A stretch of 64,000 nt of DNA from NCBI GenBank assembly GCA_030550025.1, contig JAUQQC010000002.1:326058-390057 (forward strand), in the 5' to 3' direction. Shown here piece after piece: positions 1 to 13,582 of this stretch. Made by a program: the position numbers and the translations under genes. A model generated the notes under the pieces. The model had not been told where the DNA came from. It saw nothing but the letters and a program-made list of their open reading frames with translations, and did not search any database. The stretch's first letter is position 1. Each line of letters starts with the position of its first letter. This DNA is from Acidobacteriota bacterium (GTDB lineage Bacteria > Acidobacteriota > Blastocatellia > HR10).

Positions 1-1761
1 TTCACGAAGACGGGGGAGCGGCTCGTCGGGCAGTTGGCCAAGCGGCAGGCGATCTTGAATCCGGAGAACACGATCTATTCGGTCAAGCGGTTCATGGGGC
101 GGCGCTATTCGGAGGTGACGAGCGAGATCCGCAATGTCCCGTACAAGGTTGTGACTGGACCCAATGACGCTGTGCGGTTCGACATCATGGGGAAGCTCTA
201 CTCGCCCGAGGAGATCTCGGCGATGATCCTGCGCAAGCTCGTGGAGGATGCTTCGCGCTATCTTGGTGAGAAGATCACCGATGCGGTGATCACCGTTCCG
301 GCGTACTTCAACGACGCGCAGCGGACGGCCACGCGCGATGCCGGGAAGATCGCCGGGTTGAACGTCCTGCGGATCATCAACGAGCCGACGGCGGCGGCCC
401 TCGCCTATGGCTTGGACAAGAAGAAGAACGAGACCATCTTGGTCTTCGATCTCGGGGGAGGGACCTTCGACGTCTCCATCCTAGAAGTTGGCGATGGGGT
501 CTTCGAGGTGAAGGCGACAAGCGGCGACACGCATCTTGGCGGCGATGACTTCGACAAGCGGATCGTGGATTGGCTGGCCGAGGAGTTCAAGCGGGAGTAT
601 GGGATTGATTTGCGCAAGGATCGCCAGGCGCTGCAGCGGTTGACCGAGGCGGCCGAGAAGGCGAAGATTGAGCTCTCGAGCGTTATGGAGACGATCATCA
701 GTCTCCCCTTCATCACGGCCGATGCCACCGGACCGAAGCATCTGGAGATGAAGCTGACGCGCTCGAAGTTCGAGCAGTTGACGGCTGATCTGGTCGAGCG
801 CTGCATCGGGCCGGTCCGGCAAGCGCTCGCCGACGCGAAGATGACCGAGCGGGACATTGACGAAGTCATTCTCGTCGGGGGAGCGACGCGCATCCCGGCC
901 GTGCAGCAGCTGGTGCGGCGGCTGCTCGGGAAGGAGCCGAATCAGTCGGTGAACCCGGATGAAGTGGTGGCCATTGGGGCGGCCATTCAGGCAGGGGTGT
1001 TGGCGGGTGAGGTCAAGGAAGTTCTGCTGTTGGATGTCGTCCCGCTCTCACTGGGGGTGGAGACGCTCGGGGGCGTGATGACGAAGATCATCGAGCGGAA
1101 CACGACCATTCCTGTGCGGCGGACGGAGATCTTCACCACGGCCGAGGACAATCAGACGGCCGTGGACATTCACATCCTGCAGGGCGAGCGCGAGATGGCG
1201 CGCGACAACCGCACGCTCGGGCGGTTCCGCCTGGAAGGCATCGCGCCAGCGCCGCGCGGCGTTCCGCAGATTGAAGTGACGTTCGATATTGATGCCAATG
1301 GCATCCTGCATGTGAGCGCGCGCGATAAGGCGACCGGGCGCGAGGCCAAGATCACGATCACCGGCTCGACGCAGCTCTCCAAGGAGGAGATCGAGCGGAT
1401 GATCCGTGAGGCGGAGATGTACGCGGAGGAGGATCGGCGGCGGCGCGAGCTGGTCGAAGCGCGCAATCAGGCCGATAGCCTCGCCTATCAGGTCGAGCGT
1501 ACCTTGCGCGATCTGGGCGATAAAGTGCCGGCGCCGGAGCGCGCGCGCGCCGAGCATTTGATCCAGGAGATCCGCCAAGCGATCAAGGAGGAGGCGGGGA
1601 TCGAGCGGATTCGCCAACTCACGTCCGAGTTGCAGCAGGTCGCGCATCAGATCGCGGCCATCGCCTATGGGCACGCGACCTCGGCTGGCGCGGGAACATC
1701 GGGCCGATCCGATGGCGGATCCGAAGATGTGATTGATGCGGAGTTCAAACCCAGTCATTGA
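1..1761 (+). CDS. dnaK: Molecular chaperone DnaK (5' end lies outside the window)
   Basis: Frame open from base 1 ([16 protein letters not shown]). Hsp70 motifs [39 protein letters not shown]; C-terminal DVIDAEF. Confidence 0.98.
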   Translation, partial: FTKTGERLVGQLAKRQAILNPENTIYSVKRFMGRRYSEVTSEIRNVPYKVVTGPNDAVRFDIMGKLYSPEEISAMILRKLVEDASRYLGEKITDAVITVPAYFNDAQRTATRDAGKIAGLNVLRIINEPTAAALAYGLDKKKNETILVFDLGGGTFDVSILEVGDGVFEVKATSGDTHLGGDDFDKRIVDWLAEEFKREYGIDLRKDRQALQRLTEAAEKAKIELSSVMETIISLPFITADATGPKHLEMKLTRSKFEQLTADLVERCIGPVRQALADAKMTERDIDEVILVGGATRIPAVQQLVRRLLGKEPNQSVNPDEVVAIGAAIQAGVLAGEVKEVLLLDVVPLSLGVETLGGVMTKIIERNTTIPVRRTEIFTTAEDNQTAVDIHILQGEREMARDNRTLGRFRLEGIAPAPRGVPQIEVTFDIDANGILHVSARDKATGREAKITITGSTQLSKEEIERMIREAEMYAEEDRRRRELVEARNQADSLAYQVERTLRDLGDKVPAPERARAEHLIQEIRQAIKEEAGIERIRQLTSELQQVAHQIAAIAYGHATSAGAGTSGRSDGGSEDVIDAEFKPSH

Positions 1762-1809
1762 TGTCCACGTGAGCGATCGCGTGGAACCTCGTGGAGGTGA
1801 AGGCATCCT

Positions 1810-2301
1810 ATGCCACGTCGGAAGAAGACGCAAGCTGAAGAGCCGGCTCTCCCCACGCCGGAAGAGCCGGCTTCTACCTATGAAGAGCCGGTCGAACCCT
1901 ACGACGATGTCCTCGAGGAAGACTACTACGAGGACGATTTCGCTGTAGAGGAGGAGCCTTTGGAGATCGCCGAAGAAGAGGTTGAGGAAGAGAGGGCGCC
2001 GGTTTCGGAGGCGGTATCCGAGCCTGAGGAGGAGGTGGTCGAGCCGGTTGCTCCTCGATATGAGACGCGCCAGGAGATGCTGGCGCGGCTCATGCGGCGG
2101 CTATTGGCGGCGCGCGAGCGCGTGCGGGCGACTTTGGAGCGCGTGCGCGACATCAATGCGCAGTTGCGCGATGCCGGACCTCGTCCGCCCGACCGCCTGA
2201 AGGAGCAATATCAGCGGGCTATTGCTGAGCTGAGCGCGGCGCGGCGAGAGGAGAACCTCGCGCGGGCCGAGTTGATTCAGGCCCTGAATTGGCGAGGATG
2301 A
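1810..2301 (+). CDS. Hypothetical protein: acidic disordered N-half plus predicted helical C-half
   Basis: Fills the dnaK-dnaJ gap on the same strand; 31 of 70 residues (aa 10-79) are E/D; no GrpE C-terminal beta-domain motif. Confidence 0.8.
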   Translation: MPRRKKTQAEEPALPTPEEPASTYEEPVEPYDDVLEEDYYEDDFAVEEEPLEIAEEEVEEERAPVSEAVSEPEEEVVEPVAPRYETRQEMLARLMRRLLAARERVRATLERVRDINAQLRDAGPRPPDRLKEQYQRAIAELSAARREENLARAELIQALNWRG

Positions 2302-2378
2302 GAGGGCGCAGTTCGCTCTTGCGCACTCCGCGAGGCCAAGAGAGCCCGGACTGAGCCACCCCCTGTGGGGGATGGGCT

Positions 2379-3308
2379 ATGGCGGTCAAGTACAAAGACT
2401 ATTACGAGATCCTGGGTGTCCCTCGAACGGCCACGCAAGAGGAGATCAAAGCGGCTTTCCGCCGCCTGGCCCGAAAGTATCACCCGGACTTGAATCCGGG
2501 GGATAAGCAGGCGGAGGAGAAGTTCAAGGAGATCAACGAGGCCTACGAGGTCCTGGGGGATCCCAAAAAACGCGAACTCTACGATCGGTTGGGGCCGAAT
2601 TGGAAAGCGGGCGCGGACTTCACGCCACCGCCGGACTGGGAGAAGATTCGGATCGACTTCGGCGATTTCGACTTCTTCACGGGTGGGCCGGGGAGTTTCA
2701 GCGATTTCTTCGAGACGCTCTTTGGAGGGCTACGTGGTCGGACGGCATCGCGCCGTTCGGCGACGGGCACGCGCGTCGGTTGGGGGATTCGGGGGAGCGA
2801 CATCGAGTCCGAGTTGACGCTCACGCTCGAAGAGGCGCATCGCGGGACGACGCGTCGGGTCACGCTCCCCAATGGGCGAACGGTCGAGGTGAAGATCCCG
2901 GCCGGCGTGCGTGAAGGCTCGGTGATTCGGCTTGCGGGACAAGGCGAACCGGGCCTGGGTGGTCCTGCAGGCGATCTCTACTTGAAGGTCCGGTTACAGA
3001 AGCATCCGATCTTCACGGTCTCCGGCGACGATGTCTACGTCGAGGTCCCGATCACGCCGTGGGAGGCCGTGCTGGGAGGGAAGATTCGGGTTCCGACGTT
3101 GGACGGTACGGTGGAGGTGACGCTCCCGCCGGGCTCGCAGAGTGGACAGAAGCTCCGGCTGCGCGGTCAGGGCTTGAACCGTCGGCGTGGTGGGCGTGGC
3201 GATCAATACGTGCAGCTTCGGATCGTCGTCCCCACGAATCCGACGCCGGCTGAACGTCGCTTGTTCGAGCAGTTGGCGCGCGAGTCGAGCTTCAACCCTC
3301 GATCGTGA
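2379..3308 (+). CDS. cbpA: DnaJ-class chaperone, CbpA type (J domain plus C-terminal domain, no Zn finger)
   Basis: KDYYEILGV...YHPD J domain, [24 protein letters not shown]; no CxxCxGxG repeats. Confidence 0.92.
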   Translation: MAVKYKDYYEILGVPRTATQEEIKAAFRRLARKYHPDLNPGDKQAEEKFKEINEAYEVLGDPKKRELYDRLGPNWKAGADFTPPPDWEKIRIDFGDFDFFTGGPGSFSDFFETLFGGLRGRTASRRSATGTRVGWGIRGSDIESELTLTLEEAHRGTTRRVTLPNGRTVEVKIPAGVREGSVIRLAGQGEPGLGGPAGDLYLKVRLQKHPIFTVSGDDVYVEVPITPWEAVLGGKIRVPTLDGTVEVTLPPGSQSGQKLRLRGQGLNRRRGGRGDQYVQLRIVVPTNPTPAERRLFEQLARESSFNPRS

Positions 3309-3369
3309 GTGTCGTGCGGGGCCTCGCGGAGATGCGCTTCCGAAAAGATCAAGAGTCGGGAGAGGGTCT

Positions 3370-6008
3370 ATGGATTTCAATCGCCTGACGGAGAAGGTGC
3401 AAGAGGCGGTGCGCGCGGCGCAAAGCCTTGCGGCGCGCTATAGCCATCAACAGATTGACGTCGAGCATCTGCTGCTGGCGCTCCTGCAGCAGGAGGGGGG
3501 ACTGGCCTCGGCGATCTTGGAGAAGGCGGGGGTGGACCCGAAGCTCGTCCGGACCCGTCTGGAACAAGAGCTGGCGCGCTGGCCGAAGGTGAGCGGTCCG
3601 GCGGCCGGCCCTGATTTCGTGTATATCACCGGGCGGCTCAACCGTCTGTTCGCGGTGGCTGAGGAGGAAGCGGCGCGGCTCAAGGACGAATACGTGAGCG
3701 TCGAGCACCTGCTGCTCGCGATCCTGGAAGAGGGGCGCGGCGGCGCGGCCGGACGCTTGTTGCTGGACCTCGGCCTAGATCGGGATCGTCTGATGAAGGC
3801 CTTGCAGCAGATTCGCGGCACGCAGCGGGTGACGAGTCCGACGCCGGAGGCGACGTATCAAGCGCTTGAGCGCTATGGGCGCGATCTGACTAAGCTCGCC
3901 GCCCAAGGGAAGCTCGATCCCGTCATCGGACGAGACGATGAGATCCGGCGCGTGATTCAGGTGCTCTCGCGTCGGACGAAGAACAATCCGGTCCTGATCG
4001 GTGAGCCGGGCGTCGGCAAGACGGCCATCGTCGAGGGGTTGGCGCAACGCATCGTGCGCGGGGATGTCCCCGAGGGCTTGAAGAACAAGCGCGTCATTCA
4101 ACTGGATATGGGGGCGCTCATCGCGGGCGCGAAATATCGCGGCGAGTTCGAAGAGCGGCTGAAGGCCGTGCTGCGCGAGGTACAGGAGTCGCAGGGCGAG
4201 ATCATCCTCTTCATTGACGAGCTGCATACGGTCGTGGGCGCCGGTCGGGCTGAAGGAGCGACGATGGATGCCAGCAATCTGCTGAAGCCGATGCTCGCGC
4301 GCGGCGAGCTGCGCTGCATCGGTGCGACGACGCTCGACGAATATCGCAAGTACATCGAGAAGGACGCCGCGCTCGAACGCCGCTTCCAACCGATCCTGGT
4401 TGGCGAGCCATCGGTCGAGGACACGATCTCGATCTTGCGCGGATTGAAGGAGCGGTATGAGGTCCATCATGGGGTGCGCATCAAGGACTCGGCGCTGGTG
4501 GCGGCGGCGATGCTCAGCCATCGCTACATCTCCGATCGCTTCTTGCCGGATAAGGCGATCGATCTTGTGGACGAGGCGGCGGCGCGGCTCAGGACCGAGA
4601 TCGACTCGATGCCTTCGGAGTTGGATGAGATCCTACGGCGGATCATGCAACTGGAGATCGAGCGTGAGGGGTTGAAGCGGGAGACCGATCCGGCCTCGCG
4701 CGAGCGATTGCGCAAGATCGAGGAGGAGCTGGCGGAGCTGCGTATGCGTGCGGATCGGCTCCGCGCACAGTGGGAGGAGGAGAAGCAGATCCTCGCCCGC
4801 TTACGCGAGCTGCGCGAGCAGATCGAGCAGACGAAGATCCTCATCGAGCAAGCCGAGCGGGCTTATGATCTCAATCGCGCGGCCGAGTTACGCTATGGGC
4901 GTTTGGTCGAGTTGGAGAAGCAGATGCGCGAGCAAGAGGCCCAGCTCGCGGAGCTGGCGGCGCGGCATGGCGGCGTGCGCTTGCTCAAGGAGGAGGTGGA
5001 TGAGGAGGACATCGCCGAGGTCGTGAGCCGCTGGACGGGCATCCCCGTGAGCCGTCTGCTGGAGGGGGAGATTCAGAAGCTGCTGCGTCTGGAGGAGGAG
5101 TTGCACCGCCGCGTCGTCGGACAGGAGGAAGCCGTGCGCGCCGTGGCCGAAGCCGTGCGTCGGGCGCGCGCGGGATTGAAGGATCCGAATCGCCCGATCG
5201 GCAGCTTCATCTTCCTCGGTCCGACCGGCGTCGGGAAGACGGAGCTGGCGCGTGCCCTCGCCGAGTGTCTCTTCGACGACGAGCGCGCCCTCATTCGGAT
5301 CGATATGTCCGAGTACATGGAGAAGCACGCGGTCGCTCGCTTGATCGGCGCGCCGCCCGGCTACGTCGGATACGAAGAAGGGGGACAGCTCACGGAGGCC
5401 GTGCGCCGTCGGCCGTATTCGGTCATCCTTTTCGACGAGCTGGAGAAGGCGCATTGGGATGTCTTCAACATCCTCTTGCAGATCCTCGATGATGGGCGGC
5501 TCACCGACAGTCATGGTCGGACGGTGGATTTCAAGAACACGATCATCATCATGACGTCGAACATCGGGAGCCATTTGATCCTCGAACATCGCGGCGGGAC
5601 GGATGAGAGCTACGAGCGGATGAGGGAGACCGTGCTCGCCGAATTGCGGCGGACGTTCCGTCCCGAATTCCTGAATCGCGTGGACGAGATCGTCGTCTTC
5701 CATGCGCTGACGGAAGAACATCTGAAGCGCATCGTGGAGATCCAACTCGAGCGCCTGCGGCAGCGCGTGCGGGATCGGCAGATCGAGTTGGAGCTGACCG
5801 AGCGAGCGAAAGCGCGTCTGGCCGAGTGGGGGTATGATCCCGTCTTCGGTGCGCGGCCGCTCAAGCGGGTGATCCAGCGGGAGGTGGAGACGCCGCTGGC
5901 GAAATTGATCTTGCAGGGAGAGGTGCGAGATAATTCCCTCGTGATCGTGGATGAAGATGGCGGCCGGCTCACCTTCTCGGTTCAGCCGAAGGAGGTGTCG
6001 GTGGCCGA

Positions 6009-6012
<4 letters not shown>
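3370..6012 (+). CDS. clpB: ATP-dependent disaggregase ClpB
   Basis: Start MDFNRLTEK at 3370; two Walker A motifs ([16 protein letters not shown]), coiled-coil middle domain, GARPLKR. Confidence 0.98.
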
Positions 6013-7559
<1,547 letters not shown>

Positions 7560-7586
7560 CCCATCTCGCGGGCGGGGAAGGGAGCG

Positions 7587-7880
7587 ATGTTCTACATCTT
7601 GCGGCGAGCCAACGGTGAGATCTTCACGCTCCAGAGAGATGGCGTCTCCTACATCGCCGTCTGGGCCGATGAACGCGATGTGCGGCGCAGTAAGAGCGCG
7701 AACCCGGACTTGATGGTCTACGTGCCGGCTCCCGCGGACGAACGCGTGCTCAGGCGGTGGTTGGGTGATCGTCCGATGCGTTTCTTCCTCGTGGATAGCC
7801 GGAATCCGGATTTGAGAACTGGGCGCGAGATCTCGCCGGAGGAGGTCCTCGGCCAGGCGGCGCTTCCGAAGGCGGCGTAA
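7587..7880 (+). CDS. Hypothetical 97-aa protein
   Basis: GGGAG SD before ATG; fills degP-ftsH gap on the same strand. Confidence 0.75.
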   Translation: MFYILRRANGEIFTLQRDGVSYIAVWADERDVRRSKSANPDLMVYVPAPADERVLRRWLGDRPMRFFLVDSRNPDLRTGREISPEEVLGQAALPKAA

Positions 7881-7944
7881 CGGATGCTGTTCCTTCGGAA
7901 GGAGAGGCGTGGAGAATGGGGCTTTCGCCCCGAGAGAGGGGTAT

Positions 7945-9798
7945 ATGGATAAGCTCGCCAAGCAGAAGTGGGTCTTCAGTGGCCTCTATTTGCTCTTCAT
8001 GCTGGGGGTCTTGTTCTCCATCCACCAGTATGCGCGGGTGAGGCCGCAGCCGATCGCCTACAGCGAGCTGCTTGAGGCCGTGCGCGGCGGCAGGGTGGTT
8101 GAGGTATGGATCAGCGAGAGCGAGGTCCGGGCGCGTCTCTCCGAAGGCGAGAAGCTTGTGGTCGCCACACGCGTGCCGGGCATTGAGGAGACAGCTTTGC
8201 TCCAGGAGCTTGAGAAGCGTCGCGTGAAGTTCTCCGGCGTGATCGAGCGCGCCTCTTGGTGGGAGCAGCTCTTCCTCTATTGGATCCTGCCGCTGCTGAT
8301 CCTCGGCGCCCTGTGGGGATATGGGATGCGTCGGCTGGCGCAGGGGGGGAGCGGCGCGCTCACCTTCGGTCGCAGCAAGGCGAAGATCTACGACACTAGC
8401 AGCGAGAACCGCGTGACTTTCGCCGATGTCGCGGGCGTGGACGAGGCGAAAGCCGAACTGATGGAGATCGTGGATTTCTTGAAGCATCCGGCTCGGTATC
8501 AACGGTTGGGTGGGCGCATTCCAAAAGGCGTATTGCTCATCGGGCCGCCGGGGACGGGCAAGACGCTTCTGGCGCGCGCAGTGGCAGGCGAAGCCGGGGT
8601 GCCCTTCTTTGCCCTCTCGGGCTCGGAGTTCGTCGAGATGTTCGTCGGCGTCGGCGCCGCCCGCGTGCGCGATCTCTTCGAGCAGGCGAAGCGGCGCGCT
8701 CCATGCATCGTCTTCATTGACGAGTTGGATGCCATTGGGAAGATGCGGGCCGTCGGCGGCGGACTCGCGGGCGCTCATGACGAGCGCGAGCAAACGCTCA
8801 ATCAGTTGCTCGTCGAGATGGATGGGTTTGATCCCTCAAAGGGGGTAATCATCATGGCGGCGACCAATCGGCCGGAGATCCTGGATCCGGCCCTACTGCG
8901 CGCGGGGCGCTTCGATCGACGGATCATCATTGACAAGCCCGATGTGAGAGGGCGCGAGGAGATCTTGCGCGTGCATGTACGGAAGATCCGATTGGCGCCG
9001 GATGTGGATTTGCGCGTCATCGCGGCGCGGACGCCGGGAATGGTCGGCGCCGATTTGGCCAACATCGTGAACGAGGCCGCGCTCTTGGCTGCACGCCGTG
9101 GGGCGGAGGCTGTCGAGATGCGGGATTTCGAGAACGCCATTGATCGCGTCCTGCTCGGCTTGGAGAAGAAGGGGCGGGTCATGTTGCCGGAGGAGAAAGA
9201 GCGGGTGGCGTATCATGAGGTCGGACATGCGCTCTGCGCCCTCTCGGTGCCGCATGCCGATCCCGTGCACAAGGTCACGATCATTCCGCGCACGATCGGC
9301 GCGCTCGGCGCGACGCTGCAGCTACCGACGGAGGATCGGTATCTGCTGACGAAGCTGCAACTGGAGGATCGCTTGGTCGTGCTGCTTGGGGGGCGAGCCG
9401 CCGAGGAGTTGATCTTCGGCGACGTCTCGACCGGGGCGCATAACGATCTGGAGCAGGCGACCGAGATCGCGCGACAGATGGTCATGCGCTTTGGGATGAG
9501 CGAGCGCTTGGGGCCGCTGACCTATGGGCGTCCATGGACCGGACAGTTCCTGCAAGCCGCTCTCCCATTGGGGGAGGAGCGGAATTTCAGCGAACAGACG
9601 GCGCGCGTGATTGATGAGGAAGTGCAGCGGGTGGTGGCCGAGGCCTACGAGCGCGCGCGGACGATCTTGCGTGAGAAGCAGGCGGCGCTTCACCATGTGG
9701 CGCGAGAACTGATCAAACGTGAGACCTTGGATCGCGAGGAGTTGGAGCAGTTGGTGCGCGAGAGCATGGCCGTCGCAGCTCACGTGCTGGCCGAGTGA
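7945..9798 (+). CDS. ftsH: ATP-dependent zinc metalloprotease FtsH
   Basis: Two TM segments, [11 protein letters not shown] motif [24 protein letters not shown] zinc motif. Confidence 0.97.
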   Translation: MDKLAKQKWVFSGLYLLFMLGVLFSIHQYARVRPQPIAYSELLEAVRGGRVVEVWISESEVRARLSEGEKLVVATRVPGIEETALLQELEKRRVKFSGVIERASWWEQLFLYWILPLLILGALWGYGMRRLAQGGSGALTFGRSKAKIYDTSSENRVTFADVAGVDEAKAELMEIVDFLKHPARYQRLGGRIPKGVLLIGPPGTGKTLLARAVAGEAGVPFFALSGSEFVEMFVGVGAARVRDLFEQAKRRAPCIVFIDELDAIGKMRAVGGGLAGAHDEREQTLNQLLVEMDGFDPSKGVIIMAATNRPEILDPALLRAGRFDRRIIIDKPDVRGREEILRVHVRKIRLAPDVDLRVIAARTPGMVGADLANIVNEAALLAARRGAEAVEMRDFENAIDRVLLGLEKKGRVMLPEEKERVAYHEVGHALCALSVPHADPVHKVTIIPRTIGALGATLQLPTEDRYLLTKLQLEDRLVVLLGGRAAEELIFGDVSTGAHNDLEQATEIARQMVMRFGMSERLGPLTYGRPWTGQFLQAALPLGEERNFSEQTARVIDEEVQRVVAEAYERARTILREKQAALHHVARELIKRETLDREELEQLVRESMAVAAHVLAE

Positions 9799-9874
9799 AG
9801 GCCGATTCGGAATGAGGCCGATCGAGCGCCTTTCGGGCGCGGTCTCGTTCCGGGAGGAGAAAGCGAGGTGGGTT

Positions 9875-11257
9875 ATGTCGGCCGTTGTCTTCGCCGGAGT
9901 GTCTCCGCACCCTCCGATCATCGTCCCGGAGATCGGCGGGCAACACCTGAAGGACGTGGAGGCGACGGTGCGTGGTGTCCAGGAGATGATGCGCCGTCTG
10001 GTTGCCGCGCGGCCGGATGTCGTCGTCATCATCAGTCCGCACGCGCCGCTTGATCCCCGCAGCTTCAGCGCCTACAGCGGGCCTCGGCTGCGGGGAGATT
10101 TCTGGGATTTCGGAGCGCCGCAGGTCGAATTCGATGTCCCTAATCATGTCGTCCTGCTCTCGCGCCTGGCTGCCATCGCGCATGAGCGTGGCCTTCCGAT
10201 GTGGCTCGTCCCGGCCGGGCGGCGATTGGATCATGGCACGATGGTCCCGCTCTACTATCTGCTCCAGGCGGGGTGGCGATCGAGCGTCATGGTTGTCGGG
10301 CTGTCGCTGCGACCGTTCGAGGATCATATTCGCTTCGGCGAATGCCTGGCGGAAGCGGCTGCACAACTGGGCCTCCGTCTGGCGATTTGCGCCAGCGGCG
10401 ATATGAGTCACCGGTTGAAGCCGGGAGCGCCGGCCGGGTATCATCCCGAAGCGCATCGGTATGATGAGGTGATCGTGGAAGCGATTCGCGCCGGCGATTT
10501 CGAGCGCATCCTGCGCATTGATCCCGATCTGCGGGAAGAGGCCGGAGAGGACATCTATCGCTCATTGTTGATCGCCTATGGGACTTTGGGACGTACCCTG
10601 CATCGTCCGGAGGTCTTCTCCTATGAGGGGCCTTTCGGCGTCGGATACATGGCCGCCGTGCTCGCCGATTACTCCGATCATGCGTCGGAGGCCGAATTGC
10701 TGGCGGTGGGCGAATCGGATCTGCCCGCACTCGCGCGGCGAGCCGTTCACGCGTATGTGACGGAGGGACGCCTTCTCGATCCCCCATCGCAACTTCGCGG
10801 GGGCGCAGCCGAGCGCGCGGGCGTCTTCGTCAGCATCAAGACGCGTCAAGGCCAGTTGCGCGGGTGCATCGGGACCATTGAGCCTACTCAAGAGAACGTA
10901 GCGCGTGAGGTCATCCACAATGCCATCGCCGCCGCGACGCGCGATCCGCGATTCGACCCAGTGCGCGCGGACGAGCTCGAGGAGCTGGTCTTCTCGGTGG
11001 ATATCCTCTCCCCGCCGGAACCAGTCGCCGATCCGCACCATCTCGATCCGAAGCGATATGGTGTCATCGTGGAGACTGAGGACGGGCGACGCGGATTGCT
11101 GCTGCCGGATCTGCCGGGGATCGAGACCGTCGAACGACAGCTTCATTATGCGCGCGCAAAGGCTGGCATTCGGCCGGATGAGCCGATCCAGATTTACCGC
11201 TTCACCGTTCGGCGGATTCGGGAGCAGGGACGCGCAGCGGCGGATGCCGAAGTCTGA
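9875..11257 (+). CDS. amrA: AmmeMemoRadiSam protein: LigB/MEMO-like domain fused to AMMECR1 domain
   Basis: [26 protein letters not shown] in N-domain; LRGCIG, DPRF, GLLLPD in AMMECR1 domain. Confidence 0.88.
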   Translation: MSAVVFAGVSPHPPIIVPEIGGQHLKDVEATVRGVQEMMRRLVAARPDVVVIISPHAPLDPRSFSAYSGPRLRGDFWDFGAPQVEFDVPNHVVLLSRLAAIAHERGLPMWLVPAGRRLDHGTMVPLYYLLQAGWRSSVMVVGLSLRPFEDHIRFGECLAEAAAQLGLRLAICASGDMSHRLKPGAPAGYHPEAHRYDEVIVEAIRAGDFERILRIDPDLREEAGEDIYRSLLIAYGTLGRTLHRPEVFSYEGPFGVGYMAAVLADYSDHASEAELLAVGESDLPALARRAVHAYVTEGRLLDPPSQLRGGAAERAGVFVSIKTRQGQLRGCIGTIEPTQENVAREVIHNAIAAATRDPRFDPVRADELEELVFSVDILSPPEPVADPHHLDPKRYGVIVETEDGRRGLLLPDLPGIETVERQLHYARAKAGIRPDEPIQIYRFTVRRIREQGRAAADAEV

Positions 11258-11285
11258 GCGGCGGAATCTCATTCGGAGGTGCGCT

Positions 11286-12422
11286 ATGGTCTCGTATGCG
11301 GATATCGAGAGGTTGAGGGCCTATGTGCCGCAAGGCGATGGATGGGTCTTGAGCGTGTATCTGGATGTGGATCAGTCGAAGGCGAGCAATTTGAAGCGGG
11401 GGTTCGAAACGGTGTTGCAAAATCTCCTGCGGGAGGTCGAGCAGGGGATGGACGAGCGCGCTCGTGAGGAGTTCGCGGCGAACCGAGCGCGCGTGTTGCG
11501 GTTCCTGCAGAGCTATGAGCCGAGGAAGAAGGGGTTGGTCCTCTTCTCCGATGTGCGACATGAGTTTTGGTGGGATCGCGAGCTGCCCGTCCTATTGCCG
11601 AACGTCGTTCGCTTTGAGCGGGCGCCGTATCTTCGACCGCTCATCGAAGTCCTCGACGAATATGAGCGATACGGCGTCGTCCTCATCGACAAGGAGAAGG
11701 CACGCCTGTTCACCGTGCACCTGGGCGAGATCGAAGAGCACGAGGCGGTCTTCGACGACGTGCCGCGCCGCACGGTGACGACGAGCATGGATCGGCTTTG
11801 GTCGCAGAAGAATCTCCAGCGGCACCATGATACGCATGTGCATTGGCACGCCGCGCATGTGGCCGAGCGATTGCGGGAGTTGGTCGAGCGCTACCATTTC
11901 GATCGGCTCATCGTCGGGGGCACGGTGGAAGCCGTGGGCGAACTGATGCGCGTCCTGCCCAAGCGCTTGCGCGAGCGCGTGGCGGGCACGATCTCCGTCC
12001 CAGTGACGGCCTCGGCGTCGGATGTCCTCGCCGAGGTGCTTCGCCTGGAGGAACAGGTCGAGCGGCAAGCGGAGCAGCAATTGGTGGAGTCCCTGTTGAC
12101 GGCAGCCGGCAAGGGCGATCGAGCCGTCATCGGTCCGACGGCGACGCTGGAAGCGCTTCATGAGGGGCGCGTCTGGCGGCTCCTGTACGTCGGTAACCAT
12201 ATCCTCACGGGCTCGGCGTGCGCGCAATGTGGCGCGCTCTTTTGGGAGCCGCAACGCGAGACCTGCTGGTATTGCGGCGGGAAGTTAGAACCGGCGCCCG
12301 ATTTCTTGAACCGCGTCTTGGAACGCGCGCTCGCTTTGGGTGGGAGCGTGGAAGAGGTCCGAGGTCCGGCGGCGGAGAGGCTGAAGGCTGCCGGAGGATT
12401 GGGCGCATTCCTGCGCTATTGA
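11286..12422 (+). CDS. Bacterial archaeo-eukaryotic release factor (eRF1/pelota-like, baeRF10-like) protein
   Basis: SVYLDVD N-terminus, PYLRPL, RNase H-like middle domain, CxxC...CxxC mini-domain, terminal GGLGAFLRY; GGAGG SD at 11275. Confidence 0.82.
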   Translation: MVSYADIERLRAYVPQGDGWVLSVYLDVDQSKASNLKRGFETVLQNLLREVEQGMDERAREEFAANRARVLRFLQSYEPRKKGLVLFSDVRHEFWWDRELPVLLPNVVRFERAPYLRPLIEVLDEYERYGVVLIDKEKARLFTVHLGEIEEHEAVFDDVPRRTVTTSMDRLWSQKNLQRHHDTHVHWHAAHVAERLRELVERYHFDRLIVGGTVEAVGELMRVLPKRLRERVAGTISVPVTASASDVLAEVLRLEEQVERQAEQQLVESLLTAAGKGDRAVIGPTATLEALHEGRVWRLLYVGNHILTGSACAQCGALFWEPQRETCWYCGGKLEPAPDFLNRVLERALALGGSVEEVRGPAAERLKAAGGLGAFLRY

Positions 12423-12438
12423 ACCGTGAGGGGGGGCG

Positions 12439-13188
12439 ATGAGCGAAGAGGCGATAGATGTCCTGGCTGTGGGCGCCCATCCCGACGATGTCGAGTTGGC
12501 GATGGGGGGGACATTGCTCAAGTTGGCATCCTTGGGGTACCGCACGGGGATCGTGGATATGACGCGAGGAGAGGCCGGAACGCGCGGGACGCCCGAGGAG
12601 CGAGCGCGCGAGGCTGCCGAAGCGGCGCGCATCTTGCGCGTCGTCGTGCGCGAGACGCTTGGGTTGCCCGATACCCGCGTCCTCTGCACGGATGAGGCGC
12701 GACGCGCCTTCGTGCGCGTGCTCCGGCGGCTTCGCCCCAAGGTCGTCTTCACCCATCATTGGGAGGATCCGCATCCGGATCACGCGCATACGAGCCGGAT
12801 CGTGCGCGAGGCGGCGTTTCTGGCGGGATTGCCCAAATACGATCCCGAGACGGGGCATGCGCGCCATCGGCCGAACGCAGTGGCGTATTTCCTCTTCCCT
12901 CGTACCCTCCCGCCGAGCTTCATCGTGGACATCACCACGTTCGCCGAGGAGAAGTTGCGGGCGATTCGGGCGCATCGTTCGCAGCTTTATGATCCCTCGC
13001 GTCCGGAGCCGGAGACGCGAATCAGTGCGGAAGGATTTCTGCGGCGCGTGGAAGCTCGGCAGCGCTACTACGGGGCACTCATTGATGTCGAACATGGGGA
13101 GGCGTTTCTGGTGCGCGAAGTGTTGAACGTCGAGGATCCCGTCGCGCTGCTCACGCGCCCGATGAACATCTACGCCTATCTCATCTGA
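12439..13188 (+). CDS. bshB1: Bacillithiol biosynthesis deacetylase BshB1 (PIG-L family)
   Basis: [28 protein letters not shown] motifs; bshA also present in the window. Confidence 0.88.
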   Translation: MSEEAIDVLAVGAHPDDVELAMGGTLLKLASLGYRTGIVDMTRGEAGTRGTPEERAREAAEAARILRVVVRETLGLPDTRVLCTDEARRAFVRVLRRLRPKVVFTHHWEDPHPDHAHTSRIVREAAFLAGLPKYDPETGHARHRPNAVAYFLFPRTLPPSFIVDITTFAEEKLRAIRAHRSQLYDPSRPEPETRISAEGFLRRVEARQRYYGALIDVEHGEAFLVREVLNVEDPVALLTRPMNIYAYLI

Positions 13189-13201
13189 GTCCGGAGGCCA
13201 T

Positions 13202-13528
13202 ATGGGCGAGGAATATTGCTTGGGGGTGATCACGGCGAGTTCTCGCGAAGAGGCGGAGCGGATCGCTGAAGCCCTCGTTCACGAACGGCTGGCCGCGTGT
13301 GTCACGATCGTCCCTGAGGTCGAATCCGTGTACTGGTGGGAGGGCCAGGTCGTTCGGGATCGCGAGGCGCTGCTTCTGGTGAAGACGGTGCGAGCGAAGT
13401 GGCCGATGCTCATGGCGGCGGTGAAGGAGCGACATAGCTATCAAGTCCCGGAGATCATCGCCCTTCCCATTGTGGAGGGATCCGAGGCCTACCTGGAATG
13501 GCTCGAACGATCCCTCAGGGCATCTTGA
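13202..13528 (+). CDS. cutA: Divalent-cation tolerance protein CutA
   Basis: LAACV, SVYWWEG, HSYQVPEII, YLEW. Confidence 0.95.
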   Translation: MGEEYCLGVITASSREEAERIAEALVHERLAACVTIVPEVESVYWWEGQVVRDREALLLVKTVRAKWPMLMAAVKERHSYQVPEIIALPIVEGSEAYLEWLERSLRAS

Positions 13529-13553
13529 TCTGTGGGGGAAGATTTGTTACCTT
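13525..13553 (+). promoter_or_regulatory. Putative sigma70 promoter for the IHF/HU gene
   Basis: TTGATC-N17-TACCTT with TG extension. Confidence 0.5.
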
Positions 13554-13582
13554 AGCGCGTGTCTTCTGCGGTAGGGGAGGCT

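Noticed and set aside
1810-2301. Calling the ORF grpE from its position
   Set aside because: It lacks the GrpE C-terminal beta-domain signature (FDP..HEA, GY...R.A.V).
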